A stretch of DNA of 63,742 nucleotides, counting the filler. It is 8 parts of 8 records of this genome, joined end to end, with 100 filler letters (N's around TTAATTAATTAA, not from the genome) between each part and the next. Parts side by side here need not be neighbours in the genome. Positions count along the whole stretch, not along the records: positions 1 to 6,178 come from SRR31147125_3873; positions 6,279 to 12,723 come from SRR31147125_3874; 6 more parts are not named here. One strand, written 5' to 3'. The notes under the pieces are model-generated. The model was not told the DNA's origin and made no database searches. It saw nothing but the letters and a program-made list of their open reading frames with translations. Every line of letters begins with the position of its first letter. Within the stretch, counting starts at the first letter, position 1. Of this stretch, positions 1 to 10,517 are shown one piece after another. The translations under genes and the position numbers were made by a program.

Positions 1-361
1 TTTTAAACGCAGCAATTCTTCGGCACGGTTAAAAGCTTTGTAAAAACGCTCGAAAGAAAAAGGCTTTTTCAGATAATCAATGGCATTTAACTCAAATCCT
101 TCAAGGGCGTATTCCGAATAAGCCGTGGTGAAAATTACCAGCGGCGGATTATTTAGATTTTTCAGAAAAGCGATTCCCGATAGTTTGGGCATATTAATAT
201 GGGAAAAGTAAATCGACCTCGTTTTCCTGTAAATATTTATTGGCACAAATCGCCTCTTCGCACGAACCTACAATTTCCAGCTCCGGTAGTTTTTGTGCGT
301 ACTGGCGTATTACGTTTTGTGCCAAAGGTTCGTCGTCGATAATTAATGCCTTTACCATCAT
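1..361 (-). CDS. LytTR-family two-component response regulator, receiver domain (3' partial; indel near 200)
   Basis: Manual translation: MMVKALIIDDEPLAQNVIRQY...DLLF / INMPKLSGI...IFTTAYSEYALEGFELNAIDYLKKPFSFERF. The frame breaks at the expected phospho-acceptor D (LF-LD-INMP). Directly downstream of the kinase. Confidence 0.85.
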
Positions 362-362
362 T

Positions 363-1417
363 TTACTTCAGTTTTAGTTGCAATTTTACTTTGTGTATAT
401 GGTTCTCTTTTGAAATAGAAAGCGCGTATTCGTTACTGGCATAAAGGTGGGCTAAACGCTGTTTTACATTTTTAATTCCTATTCCTGAATGTTTATTATC
501 CCACATTTCTGTCTCTTCAAAGTTGTTGTCTAATTCAAAGGTTAAGGTTGAATCTCCGTTAAATAAGAAACGAATGGTAATAAAATCACTCCCTTCTGTT
601 CCCGGAAGTCCGTGTTTAAATGCATTGTCGATAAAAGGCTCAAACAACAAAGGCGCAATTTTAGCAGCAGGAACAGAACCTGATTTAGTGTAGTTTATCT
701 TGGTCTTCTCCGACGTTCTGATTTTTTGCAAGGCAATAAAATTATCCACAAACTCAATTTCCTTTTCCAGAGAAATATAGTTTTCTTTCGATTCGTAAAT
801 AATATGCCGCATTAAATCTGATAATTTCAGAATAAGCTCGGGTACTTTATCCGATTTAATTAATGCCAGCGAATAAATATTGTTTAATGAGTTGAATAAG
901 AAATGAGGATTCAGCTGTCCTTTTAAAGTCGTTAGTTCGGCTTCCAGCTTTTGTTTTTCAATTTGTGCAAGCTTGTAATTAAGGTCCTGCATCGAAATCC
1001 AGTCTTTAACAAATTTTAAAAACGATGAAACTCCAACATAAACCAGTGTTGCAAAAAGAAAGCCGAGTGAGTATTGGAATTGAAGCCTGAAAATTGTTCT
1101 GAAACCTGTAATAAGTTGCGCAGCGGATAAATAATTACAAGCTGTATAAACAAACTTGTTCCGCTAAGTAACACCACCAGCCAGAATATGTAAAAAACGT
1201 AGCTTTTCTGTTTCAGAAATTTCGGAATAAGAATTCCAAGGTTGATATAAACTGCCGAAGCAAAACCAATGTTGGTAATTAATGCTTTTGCAATTAATGC
1301 GAGGTTCAGATTCTTGCTGTTTAAATAGAATATTATACAAAAGAACGTAAGGCTCAACATCCAAAAGATAATGTGACCCAATGTCTTATTTGTTCTATTT
1401 AAAAGTTTATGTGGCAT
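363..1417 (-). CDS. LytS/YehU-family sensor histidine kinase (split into ORFs 1016-1417 and 363-992 by a 1-nt indel near 1050)
   Basis: TM N-terminus; adding one T to a T-run gives AFFFATLVYVGVSSFLKFVKDWISMQDL, which leads into LKGQLNPHFLFNSLNNIY, ENAFKHG-like DNAFKHG and GIGIKNVKQRL motifs. Confidence 0.88.
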
Positions 1418-2128
1418 TTAAATACGGTCGCGTTTTAAAAATATTTTTTTCAAATAATACAACACCGGATTTTTGTATTTCAGGTTTTTCCAGGGGCGGC
1501 TCGAATGGGGAAGATGCAAAACCTCAACTCCCTTGCCAAGGTAATTGTGGTAGCCCATTTTTTTCGATTGGCGGCTGATGAATACATCGAACCAATCTTT
1601 ATCGTCGGCCAGAGCTTCAAAATCGAATGCCTTTAAAAACTCGGGAGCAATTAATGTACAGCAAAAACTTAAACTGTGCGAAGTGCTGACAATTTCATTG
1701 CTCTTTTCTTTTTCAAAAGTATACGGAAAGTTATATTCCCCGGCTTTGTCAACCGTAATTGCTCCAACCAATCCGGGTTTTTCGTAACTGTTTAAAATAT
1801 GATTGAGTTGTGTTAGTGTGTCTTTTTTAATTACAACGTCGGATTCAATAATAACCAATGCGCAGTTTTTTTCGATTGCCATTTTTTGTGCCATCTGCAA
1901 AACCAGTTTGTAATTTGGCGATGGTGTATCGGTAATGTCCTCCAGGTGGATTACATTGAATCCTTTTTCTTTTGCAGCAGAATCGAGATATTGTTTGGTT
2001 TGTGGCTGGCTAAAATCGTCGAAAATAAAATATTCAAATTGGCCTTCAGCGCTGGTAATCGCGTCAATAGTAAGTTTACAGGTTTCTAACGAATCTTTAA
2101 CAGGTGTAATAATAATTGCTTCTGACAT
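1418..2128 (-). CDS. Glycosyltransferase family 2 (GT-A) protein
   Basis: IITPVKDS...IFDDFSQ and IIESDV (DxD-like) motifs. Confidence 0.75.
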   Translation of the reverse strand: MSEAIIITPVKDSLETCKLTIDAITSAEGQFEYFIFDDFSQPQTKQYLDSAAKEKGFNVIHLEDITDTPSPNYKLVLQMAQKMAIEKNCALVIIESDVVIKKDTLTQLNHILNSYEKPGLVGAITVDKAGEYNFPYTFEKEKSNEIVSTSHSLSFCCTLIAPEFLKAFDFEALADDKDWFDVFISRQSKKMGYHNYLGKGVEVLHLPHSSRPWKNLKYKNPVLYYLKKIFLKRDRI

Positions 2129-2166
2129 TCTTTTGAATTGTTTAATAATACAAAGGTAATTAAACT

Positions 2167-2928
2167 TTAGGCTTCGCGATTAAATTCGCGGGTAAAAGCC
2201 TGACTGGTGGGCATAATTAGCACATCGTCGATATTCACGTGTTTTGGCCGCGTTACCATAAAAAGTATTGTTTCTGCAATATCTTGCGCATAAAGTGGTG
2301 TGAATCCGTTGTAAACTTTATCTGCTTTTTGTTTATTGCCTTTAAAACGAACTACCGAGAACTCAGTTTCAACAGCTCCCGGACAAATTGAACTCACCTT
2401 AATGCCGTGTTTTAGCATATCAATTCGCATTGCCTGGGTAAGCGACTGTACTGCGTGTTTCGTTGCACAATACACATTTCCTCCGGCATAACTTTCTTTC
2501 CCGGCAATCGACGAAACATTAACAATGTGTCCGCTTTTTCTCTCTGTCATTACAGGCGAAATTAAACGAGAAATGTATAGAAGACCTTTTACGTTTGTGT
2601 CAATCATTCTTTCCCAATCGTCAATTACTCCATCCTGAAGGGGGCTCGTTCCAACAGCAAGCCCTGCATTATTTATCAAAACATCAACATTCTTCCATTC
2701 AGCAGGTAAACTATTAATCGCTTTTTCTGTTTCCTGAAGACTCCTGATGTCAAAGCAAAGGCTTAAAATACGGCAATCACTTTCTTGTTGAATTTTATTT
2801 TGTAGCTCCCCGAGGCGCTCTTTTCTTCTTCCTGTAATTATTAAATCGAAATTATTTTCTGAAAGTATTTGTGCAGTTGCTTGTCCAATTCCTGAAGTAG
2901 CTCCTGTTATTAAGGCAATTCTGTTCAT
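2167..2928 (-). CDS. SDR family NAD(P)-dependent oxidoreductase (YdfG-like)
   Basis: TGATSGIG, NNAG and YCATK motifs. Confidence 0.92.
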   Translation of the reverse strand: MNRIALITGATSGIGQATAQILSENNFDLIITGRRKERLGELQNKIQQESDCRILSLCFDIRSLQETEKAINSLPAEWKNVDVLINNAGLAVGTSPLQDGVIDDWERMIDTNVKGLLYISRLISPVMTERKSGHIVNVSSIAGKESYAGGNVYCATKHAVQSLTQAMRIDMLKHGIKVSSICPGAVETEFSVVRFKGNKQKADKVYNGFTPLYAQDIAETILFMVTRPKHVNIDDVLIMPTSQAFTREFNREA

Positions 2929-3037
2929 TGTATCGTTTTTGAATTTGAAACGAAATTAAAAAAAACAGCTATTTTTATGGAAAAATGGACCACTTAATTA
3001 CCTTTGCTGACGGTATAATTTAAGAAAGGAGCAAGCT

Positions 3038-4078
3038 ATGAGCGACAACGTACAAACTGAAAAGGAGTTTACTATTGATTCAATTCCGGAACCTGAAAAC
3101 GTAGAGGAGGTAATCTTTTCGTTGATGGTTAATCCTAATTTGTCGACAATCAATTATTTTAACGATTTTAGTGAGCAATCTATATCGCCTGATGAAATTG
3201 GTGATAGCGATACGGATGAAACAGGATTGTTTGATTTGGATAGTAATGGAACAAAAATGGCGATGACCACACACGCTTTGCATCATCATTTGGATTACGA
3301 TCCGCAAAAAGCCACTGAGATATTAATTGCAAGGGCCGCTCGTAAAATGTTATGTTTTGGTGCAAGGCCAATTGCTGTTAGTGCATTTTTATACCACATT
3401 GATTTTGCCGATCCAAACGGGCATTTTATTGCATCGGGAGCTAAAAAAGGATTGGAAAATGCGGCCAAAAAATTCAAACTGAAAATATCTGATCGAAAAA
3501 TTCGTTTCGACCATTTTTCAAATAACGCAAGCACGCCGCCTACAATCATTATTAGTATGATGTCGGAGGTGAAAAAAGACAAGGCCCTTACTACACATGC
3601 ATTTAAGCAGAAAGGAAACCACATATTTGTTATAGGAAAATGTATCGACGATATTAACTCATCAGAATATCTCGAATTTTACCATGAGGTGAATAATTCT
3701 CCTTTACCTGCATACGAAATCAACGATGAAATTAGTATTCAGGAATGTCTTAAAACACTGAACAATGAGAATTTGATAGAAAGTGCCAGCCCAATCGGAA
3801 AAGGCGGCTTGTTTTTTACACTTCTGAGGGCTGCTATTCCTAATGAGTTAGGATTCGACATTACAAGCAGTGCCGAAACAAGAATTGATTCGTTCTTATT
3901 TGGCGAAGCAATGGGCCGTTTGTTGGTGGGTGTAAATCCTGATAACGAAGAAGAGTTTGTAGATGCCATGACCGAAATGAAATTACCATTCTTCACACTG
4001 GGGCATGTAACCAAAGGCGAAATTCGTATCGATGATGAATCGTTGGGATACGTTGATAAAATGAACGTTGGAGTTTAA
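3038..4078 (+). CDS. AIR-synthase-related protein resembling a degenerate C-terminal half of PurL
   Basis: AARKMLCFGARPIAVS, FKQKGNHIFVIG, GKGGLFFTL and LFGEAMGRLLV match PurL C-half motifs; no PurL N-half. Confidence 0.7.
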   Translation: MSDNVQTEKEFTIDSIPEPENVEEVIFSLMVNPNLSTINYFNDFSEQSISPDEIGDSDTDETGLFDLDSNGTKMAMTTHALHHHLDYDPQKATEILIARAARKMLCFGARPIAVSAFLYHIDFADPNGHFIASGAKKGLENAAKKFKLKISDRKIRFDHFSNNASTPPTIIISMMSEVKKDKALTTHAFKQKGNHIFVIGKCIDDINSSEYLEFYHEVNNSPLPAYEINDEISIQECLKTLNNENLIESASPIGKGGLFFTLLRAAIPNELGFDITSSAETRIDSFLFGEAMGRLLVGVNPDNEEEFVDAMTEMKLPFFTLGHVTKGEIRIDDESLGYVDKMNVGV

Positions 4079-4809
4079 TGGCCCTTCCGTACAAACAATC
4101 GCAACAAAATAAAAAGGGACAGGTTGAGGAAATGTTCGATAATATCTCTCCTAAATACGATCTGTTAAATCATCTCTTGTCGGTTAACATCGATAAACTT
4201 TGGAGGAAGAGAACCATAAGAAAGTTGAAACCTCATTCTCCCGGAAAAGTTTTAGATGTAGCTACCGGAACCGGAGACTTTGCAGTGGCAGCATCAAAAA
4301 TAAAAGATGTTGAAATTGTGGGCATCGATATTTCGGAAGGAATGTTGAATGTTGCGCGCGAGAAAATTCTGAAAAAGAAATTAGATAAACGAATTAGCTT
4401 TTTGAAGGCCGATTCAGAAAATCTGCCTTTTGATGATAATTGTTTTGATGCCGCAATTGTAGGTTTTGGTGTCAGGAATTTCGAAAATCTTGAAATTGGT
4501 CTGAAAGAAATACAACGCGTGTTAAAACCCGGTGGAGTATTTTTTATTCTCGAATTTTCGAAGCCGCGAAAAACACCATTTAAGCAGATTTACCATTTTT
4601 ACTTTACAAAGATTTTACCTTTAGTGGGTAGAATAATATCGAAAGACAGCAGTGCTTACACCTATTTGCCCGAATCGGTAAATGAATTTCCTGATGGTGA
4701 AAGATTTTTGACTATTTTAGCCGACATTGGATTTGAGCAAAACAAATGCTTTAGGCAAACCTTTGGAATTGCATCGGTTTACGAGGCTCATAAACCTTCA
4801 GAAATCTGA
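4078..4809 (+). CDS. menG: Demethylmenaquinone methyltransferase (UbiE/MenG)
   Basis: MFDNISPKYDLLNHLLS, LDVATGTGD, GFGVRNF and AYTYLPESV motifs; upstream of porT as is usual in Bacteroidota. Confidence 0.93.
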   Translation: MALPYKQSQQNKKGQVEEMFDNISPKYDLLNHLLSVNIDKLWRKRTIRKLKPHSPGKVLDVATGTGDFAVAASKIKDVEIVGIDISEGMLNVAREKILKKKLDKRISFLKADSENLPFDDNCFDAAIVGFGVRNFENLEIGLKEIQRVLKPGGVFFILEFSKPRKTPFKQIYHFYFTKILPLVGRIISKDSSAYTYLPESVNEFPDGERFLTILADIGFEQNKCFRQTFGIASVYEAHKPSEI

Positions 4810-4868
4810 TTGAGGCCAATACAATATTTTAATCGTTTTCCAGTTTTGAAGTAAAGGAAATACTTAAA

Positions 4869-5633
4869 GTGAAAAGAATTTATTTAAGCATATTATTGAT
4901 TGTTGTGGTTTTTGCAGCTGGTGCTCAAAAACAAAAGGTAAACTATCTTACAACCTTCGATGATAAGTTGTTTCATTTTGGTTTTACAATTGGGATGAAT
5001 GCACTCGATTTTAACGTTGTTAATTATAATCCCATTGGTGCAAATCCTGATTTTACAGATTACACTGTTCCGGGCACAAGCGAATCGATATATATAACTG
5101 ATATTATTCGTTCTGATGTTGCCGAAGTTATTCCCGGTTTTACTGTTGGAATTGTTTCGAGTATGCGTCTGTCAAATTCTTTTAATTTGCGCTTTTTACC
5201 CGGGCTCTCTTTTGGCGAGCGACGTATAACTTTTAACGTGCCGGTTGTCGATATTAATAATTACGGAGCCGATCCTCGGTATTACTCTGTTAAATCAACC
5301 TTTCTCGATTTCCCGCTGTTAATAAAATACAAAGCACAACGTATTAATAACGACCGCCCTTATGTTATTTTTGGTGGTGCGTATCGTCACGATATTTCGC
5401 GTACAGCACAAGAAGATCTGATAAAATTAAAGGACAGTGGTTTTTATGCTGAGATTGGTGGTGGCTGGGATCACTATTTCCTGTTTTTTAGATTCTCGGC
5501 TGAATTGAAATTTAGTTATGGATTAAATAATCAGCTGGGAGATTTGCCTTCGGATATTCAACGCCCCTATTATTCTCAATCAATTAAAGATTTACGCTCG
5601 AAGATTTTCACACTCTCTTTTCATTTCGAATAA
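4869..5633 (+). CDS. porT: PorT-family outer-membrane beta-barrel protein (T9SS/gliding)
   Basis: Signal peptide, FDDKLFHFGFTIG, LRFLPGLSFGER, C-terminal SFHFE; menG-porT-trmH synteny. Confidence 0.85.
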   Translation: MKRIYLSILLIVVVFAAGAQKQKVNYLTTFDDKLFHFGFTIGMNALDFNVVNYNPIGANPDFTDYTVPGTSESIYITDIIRSDVAEVIPGFTVGIVSSMRLSNSFNLRFLPGLSFGERRITFNVPVVDINNYGADPRYYSVKSTFLDFPLLIKYKAQRINNDRPYVIFGGAYRHDISRTAQEDLIKLKDSGFYAEIGGGWDHYFLFFRFSAELKFSYGLNNQLGDLPSDIQRPYYSQSIKDLRSKIFTLSFHFE

Positions 5634-6178
5634 GAATATTTTCCCCGCTTAAATTCCGAACACAGAATTGAAGTTGCAACAGATACATTCAGAGATTCTG
5701 CTTTACTGTTATTTTCAGAGAAATTCGGAATGCTTATTTGCTTTTCAATAAGTTGTTCAACGTCTTGTCTTATACCATTGCCTTCGTTACCCATAACCAG
5801 AATTGCTTTCGGTGCAAGCTGTTCGCTGTAAATATTGCTTCCGTTCATAAATGCTCCGTAAGTAGTTGCATTTGAATTGCCTGCAATAATTTTCATTTTT
5901 TCGAAAGCACACTCCCAAACGTTAACCCGGCAAAACGAGCCCATGCTGGCTTGTATTACTTTCGGATTGTATAAATCTACAGTATCGGTCGAACAAAATA
6001 GTTTGTTAATACCAAACCAGTCGCATATTCTTATTATAGTTCCAAAGTTTCCGGGATCTTGTATTCCATCTAAATATAAAACCAGCGCGTCGTCCAATTT
6101 TTCGGGTAACAACAACTGTTCTGGTATTCTGCAAATAGCAGCACTGTTTTGGGGCGTTTTTAACTGACTTATTTTTTT
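5621..6178 (-). CDS. TrmH/SpoU-family RNA 2'-O-methyltransferase (5' partial)
   Basis: LDGIQDPGNFGTIIR, MGNEGNGI and AESLNVSVA motifs; frame is open to the contig end (KKISQLKTPQ). Confidence 0.9.
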   Translation of the reverse strand, partial: KKISQLKTPQNSAAICRIPEQLLLPEKLDDALVLYLDGIQDPGNFGTIIRICDWFGINKLFCSTDTVDLYNPKVIQASMGSFCRVNVWECAFEKMKIIAGNSNATTYGAFMNGSNIYSEQLAPKAILVMGNEGNGIRQDVEQLIEKQISIPNFSENNSKAESLNVSVATSILCSEFKRGKYSYSK

Positions 6179-6278
6179 NNNNNNNNNNNNNNNNNNNNNN
6201 NNNNNNNNNNNNNNNNNNNNNNTTAATTAATTAANNNNNNNNNNNNNNNNNNNNNNNNNNNNNNNNNNNNNNNNNNNN
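6179..6278. other. Artificial contig linker N44-TTAATTAATTAA-N44 (first of seven; others at 12724, 22353, 31318, 37508, 50369, 57528)
   Basis: Identical 100-bp spacer with stops in all six frames; gene content and composition change abruptly across each one. Confidence 0.98.
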
Positions 6279-6397
6279 CTAAATCCCCCTGAAAGGGTGA
6301 CTTAAGAGGTCTTCGATGATTTTCGAAATAAATATTTGCATTTCCTCTTAAAGTCCTCCTTTTAGAGCCTTTACCGTGATTAACGGGAAGGATTTAG
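6279..6397. repeat. Nested palindromic REP/MITE-like element
   Basis: CTAAATCC (6279-6286) pairs with GGATTTAG (6390-6397); GACTTAAGAGG (6299-6309) pairs with CCTCTTAAAGTC (6344-6355). Confidence 0.55.
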
Positions 6398-6614
6398 GAG
6401 GTCGGTACTTTCATATCTATCTTCATTACCACATCTCAAAAAAAAAACCAAATTTAAGAGGTTGTTATGAAACATGGAATGCTTAATCGAATAATTGGCA
6501 CCATTGGGTATAATTTGTTTTTTATATAATAAGTAGCTGTGTTAAAATAGATTGTTTCTAAATTATGGTTTACTTACCTTTAATCCGTTATTAACCAAAA
6601 TAAACAGAACGACA

Positions 6615-7256
6615 ATGAACAAAGAGCAAGGAAATCACTATCGAATGTTTTTAAACACTCAAGAATTTTTAGATGACAACACTGTAACATGGACAACCAT
6701 TCCAAAAATTGTTACTTACAAAAACAATTTTGACGAGTTAATTTCCCGTATATCTGTTGTATCGGGTGAAGCTTCCCAAACAGTGGGTGTGCGCGATCGT
6801 AAAGGTATGCTAAAGGCACAGTTGGGGATAAAAGTTTCTTCTTTATCGGGTATCCTACAGGCATTTGCACATGACAACAACAACCCGGATTTAGCCAATG
6901 CTGCTGCCATTACAAAAAGTGACATTGAAAAGGCTAAAGAGCAAAACCTGGATGCCATGGTAAAAGCAATTGTAAAATTGGCTCAGGACAATCTTGCCGG
7001 CCTGGCAGATTTTGGTGTTACAGGGGGAACGTTAACTGAAATCCTCACCACACTCGAAGAGTTTAACGGGATGATTGGAAAACCCAGGAATATTCTGAAC
7101 GAGAAGTATGTAAAACTGGATTCATTGGAAGCACTATTTAAAGAGACAAACTCGCTCTTAAAGCTTAAAATGGATAATATGATGCTGATGTTCCGCGAGA
7201 CAAATCCCGAGTTTTATAATGGCTACCAAAGAGCCAGGGAGATTGTGGATATTTAA
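6615..7256 (+). CDS. Conserved Bacteroidota alpha-helical hypothetical protein
   Basis: Long open frame with probable start MNKEQGNHYRMF; amphipathic helices; ends PEFYNGYQRAREIVDI; followed by a terminator. Confidence 0.7.
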   Translation: MNKEQGNHYRMFLNTQEFLDDNTVTWTTIPKIVTYKNNFDELISRISVVSGEASQTVGVRDRKGMLKAQLGIKVSSLSGILQAFAHDNNNPDLANAAAITKSDIEKAKEQNLDAMVKAIVKLAQDNLAGLADFGVTGGTLTEILTTLEEFNGMIGKPRNILNEKYVKLDSLEALFKETNSLLKLKMDNMMLMFRETNPEFYNGYQRAREIVDI

Positions 7257-7271
7257 CTAAAAGAAAATAGT

Positions 7272-7317
7272 AAAAACCGCTTGCTGTTTCGGAAATTAGG
7301 GATGGGAGGCGGTTTTT
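7272..7317 (+). terminator. Probable intrinsic terminator
   Basis: AAAAACCGCTT...AGGCGGTTTTT stem just after the stop at 7256. Confidence 0.6.
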
Positions 7318-7357
7318 GTGATAAATTGTCTTGCTAAGAAAAGTCCGTACGACAAAT

Positions 7358-7434
7358 GCCAACGCACATTTGCAAGCCCAACTCCACATTCTGATTCTTT
7401 AGCTTGCAAAAGAGCCAAATTTTAGTCAACGCTC
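7358..7434. repeat. Structured intergenic hairpin element A
   Basis: GCCAACGCACA-TTTGCAAGC (7369-7377)-24 nt-GCTTGCAAA (7402-7410)-AGAGC; perfect 9-bp stem. Confidence 0.6.
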
Positions 7435-7468
7435 GTTCAGATTACTTTTAATAATAGTTAAATATCAG

Positions 7469-8409
7469 ATGAAATTAGATAACAAAACTAATCGTATAAC
7501 AAAAAGGCAAATTGAGATTTTAGAGTTAATGGCTAAAGGCTACAAAGAAGGAGATATTGCTAACGAACTAGGAATCTCTCATGTAGCACTTCGACGACAT
7601 AAATCATTGCTTTATCCAAGATTAGGTGTAAACAATTCTGTGTCAGCTGTTGTAACCGCGATTGATTTGGGATTAATTAAATGGGAATTAGCAACTAAAA
7701 ACAGAATTGAAAGAACTATAATTTTTGAACCTGAGTATATACAATCCGGTATTACTATTCTAAATTATTTTTCTACAATACTTCAACAAAAAAACCAGAA
7801 TATAATTCTGTAGTAAGAATTGAGCAAGAGGGATTAAAAGTAAGACTTCTTATTATTCCTGAAAAAGGAGATGAAATAGAGGTAATTGAAAAAACTTTGG
7901 AAGAATATGGGCTTGTAATTTCAGGTAAAATGAAAGTAACCGATTTTTTATCAGACAGTCTGCAAATTTTAGAACTAGAAAATAAACTTGAAATATCTAA
8001 ACTTGAATTACGTTTTGCAAAAAGACAATTAGAAATTGAAAGACAAAATCACAATGGCAGAATTGAACAAATTGAAAACGAGGTAAGCTGGTTACGAGGT
8101 CAAATTGGAACAACTTTATCAAATGCAACACAAATTTCGATAGAAACTAAGAATCATTTTAATGAAGAATTAAAACAATACTTTAATACCAACGATAAAT
8201 TACTTTTAAAATCATTGGAAATAATTGAGAAATTTCTAGAATTAAAAGAAATTAACACTAATGAAAAAGAAATTATTGAGGCTTTAAATAACGTTAAAAA
8301 GAAGAATCCTTCAATTTTAAATTATCTTTTGGAATTTACTCAAAAAACAATCAGTTCTGCTTCGGGAAAATTACTATATGATTTAATTAATTCATTGATT
8401 CAAAAATAA
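7469..8409 (+). CDS. LuxR-type HTH fused to an uncharacterised alpha/beta domain and coiled coil (split by an indel in the A-run near 7790)
   Basis: ITKRQIEILELMAKG...IANELGISHVALRRHKSLLYPRLGV is a LuxR HTH. Adding one base joins IERTIIFEPEYIQSGITILNYFSTILQQK to PEYNSVVRIEQEGLKVRLLI...IEKTLEEYGLVISGKM, in frame with ORF 7897-8409. Confidence 0.72.
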
Positions 8410-8450
8410 CCATAGCATATTTATATTAATACTATCACTTTTAGCTTCAA

Positions 8451-10515
8451 ATGAAATTTAATTATATAGACCAAAATAGCAAATATCTGGAAGAAGTAAT
8501 TGATTTAGGTAATAAACATTCTAAAACTTTAGGCTTTATGCCTGAAGGTGGATTTATTGACCACGCAAGAAAAAAATGGATTATTGTTGCGATTAAGGAT
8601 GATGTTGTTGTTGGATACTTATTATTCAGATTAGGGAAAAAGAATCTTAAAGTTAGTATTACCCATTTATGTGTTAAAGAAAGTTTTCGAGGACAGAATA
8701 TTGCTTTTAAACTAATCGACCAACTCAAAGAGAAATATCAAAATCTATTCACAGGAATTACATTAAGCTGTAGGACAGACTATACATATGCTTCAAAATT
8801 ATGGGAAAGGTATGGTTTTATAAAAAAAAATGAGGTTAGAAGTCGAAGTGTTGAAGAGAATTATTTAATAAAATGGTGGTATGATTTTAACAACTTGGAT
8901 TTATTTCAACTCTGTGAAAAGTATTCAGATAAAATTAAGGTTCTTTTGGATGCTAACATTTTAATTAAATTAAGAGACAAAAACTTAAAGGAATATAAAG
9001 AGGTTGAATCACTTTTAGCCGACTGGTTAATTGATGACGTAGATTATTATTTTGCCCAAGAAATGTTTAATGAAATTTGTCGTGATTCTGATAAAAGTCG
9101 GGCAAAACAAACAAGGATTTTTCTCCAAAATTTTCATGAAGCTAAATTTGACAAATCGGATTTTTTAGAAATTGAAAAAGAGCTTCAAATTTATTTGAAA
9201 GGAACATCAACCAATGATATTTCTGACAGAAAGCAACTTGCCGAGTGTATTGCAGCAGGCATTGAATATTTTATTACTGGAGACAGAAACATACTCACGG
9301 TAAAAGATATTATTGAGAGTACTTATAGTGTTCTAATATTAAACCCAACAGAATTCCTGCTTGAAATCGACCAATTGCAAAATTCAACAGAATATTACCC
9401 AATTAGATTAGCAGGAGCTATTCATACTACAAAAAAGGTTGATAAAACAGAGTAACCAACTTGCCGATAGGTTTCTCTGCAAATCTGAAGGAGAGTTGAA
9501 AACTGAATTACGAGAGAGAATTGAAAATCTCGTAAAAAAGAATAAAGATTCAGAATTGAAAGTTGTATTAAATCCTAAAAATGAAACGATCGCAGTATGG
9601 GGTAATAAAATAATTGACAACGTATTATATGTGCCATTATTAAGGGTGGTTGATAATAATTTATCAGTGACATTATTCACTCAGTTGATGACAGATATTG
9701 TTGAATATTCAATACAGCATAATATTTCAAAAATAGTTATATCGGAAAAATATATTTTAAAAAGCTGGCTTAACATTATCCAGGCTAAAGGTTTTGTGAA
9801 AATTGACGGAGATTGGATAAAAATCGTTCTTAATGATTTTATACCAAGCAGTCAATTATTGAAAAAATATCCCTTTGTAGAGGAACATCTTGAATCAGAT
9901 ATTTTAAAATTAGTTTCATCGAATGATAATCCAGAATTAAGGCAATCCTTATTATTTGAAATAGAAAGAAGATTCTTTCCATTAAAAATTGCGGATTTGG
10001 AAATGCCTTGTTACATAATTCCGATTAAACCTTATTGGGCAAGTCAATTATTTGATAAACTGGCGGCAAGTCAAATGATATTTGGTGCAAATCCTGAAAA
10101 AATCTGGAATCATGAAAATGTTTATTACAGAAATATAAAACCAGTTACTGAAAAATATCCAGCTCGTATTCTCTGGTACGTAAGTTCTCAAGATAGTTAT
10201 TCAAGGCAAAAATCAATTGTAGCATCTTCTTACCTTAATGACATGACTATTGATAAAGTTAAGAGCCAATTCAGGAAATACAAAAAATTTGGAATTTATG
10301 AATGGAAAGATATTTATGAATTAGCTAAATATGACATTGAGAATAAGGTGAAAGCAATTGTTTTTAGTAATACAGAAGTATTTCAGAAAGTAGTTCCTTT
10401 TGATAAAGTTACTGAGATTCTTTTGTCAAATGGATATAAAAGAAATACTTTTACGTCACCTTTAGAGGTAAACAAAGATGTATTTAAAAGCGTTTATGAA
10501 TTAGCAAATATTTAA
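8451..10515 (+). CDS. GNAT acetyltransferase - PIN nuclease - degenerate GNAT - ASCH/PUA-like multidomain protein (split at about 9453)
   Basis: GNAT: ITHLCVKESFRGQNIAFKLI, ASKLWERYGF. PIN acidic residues: LLDANIL, QEMFNEI, DRKQLA, FITGDRNIL. Second GNAT-like region ends AKGFVK. C-terminal YIIPIKPYWASQLF...NVYYR...RILWYVSS...IVASS is ASCH-like. Confidence 0.82.
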
Positions 10516-10517
10516 TA

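Noticed and set aside
200-206. Apparent loss of the phospho-acceptor Asp in the LytTR regulator
   Set aside because: It coincides with a frame-breaking deletion, so sequence error is more likely than an atypical receiver.
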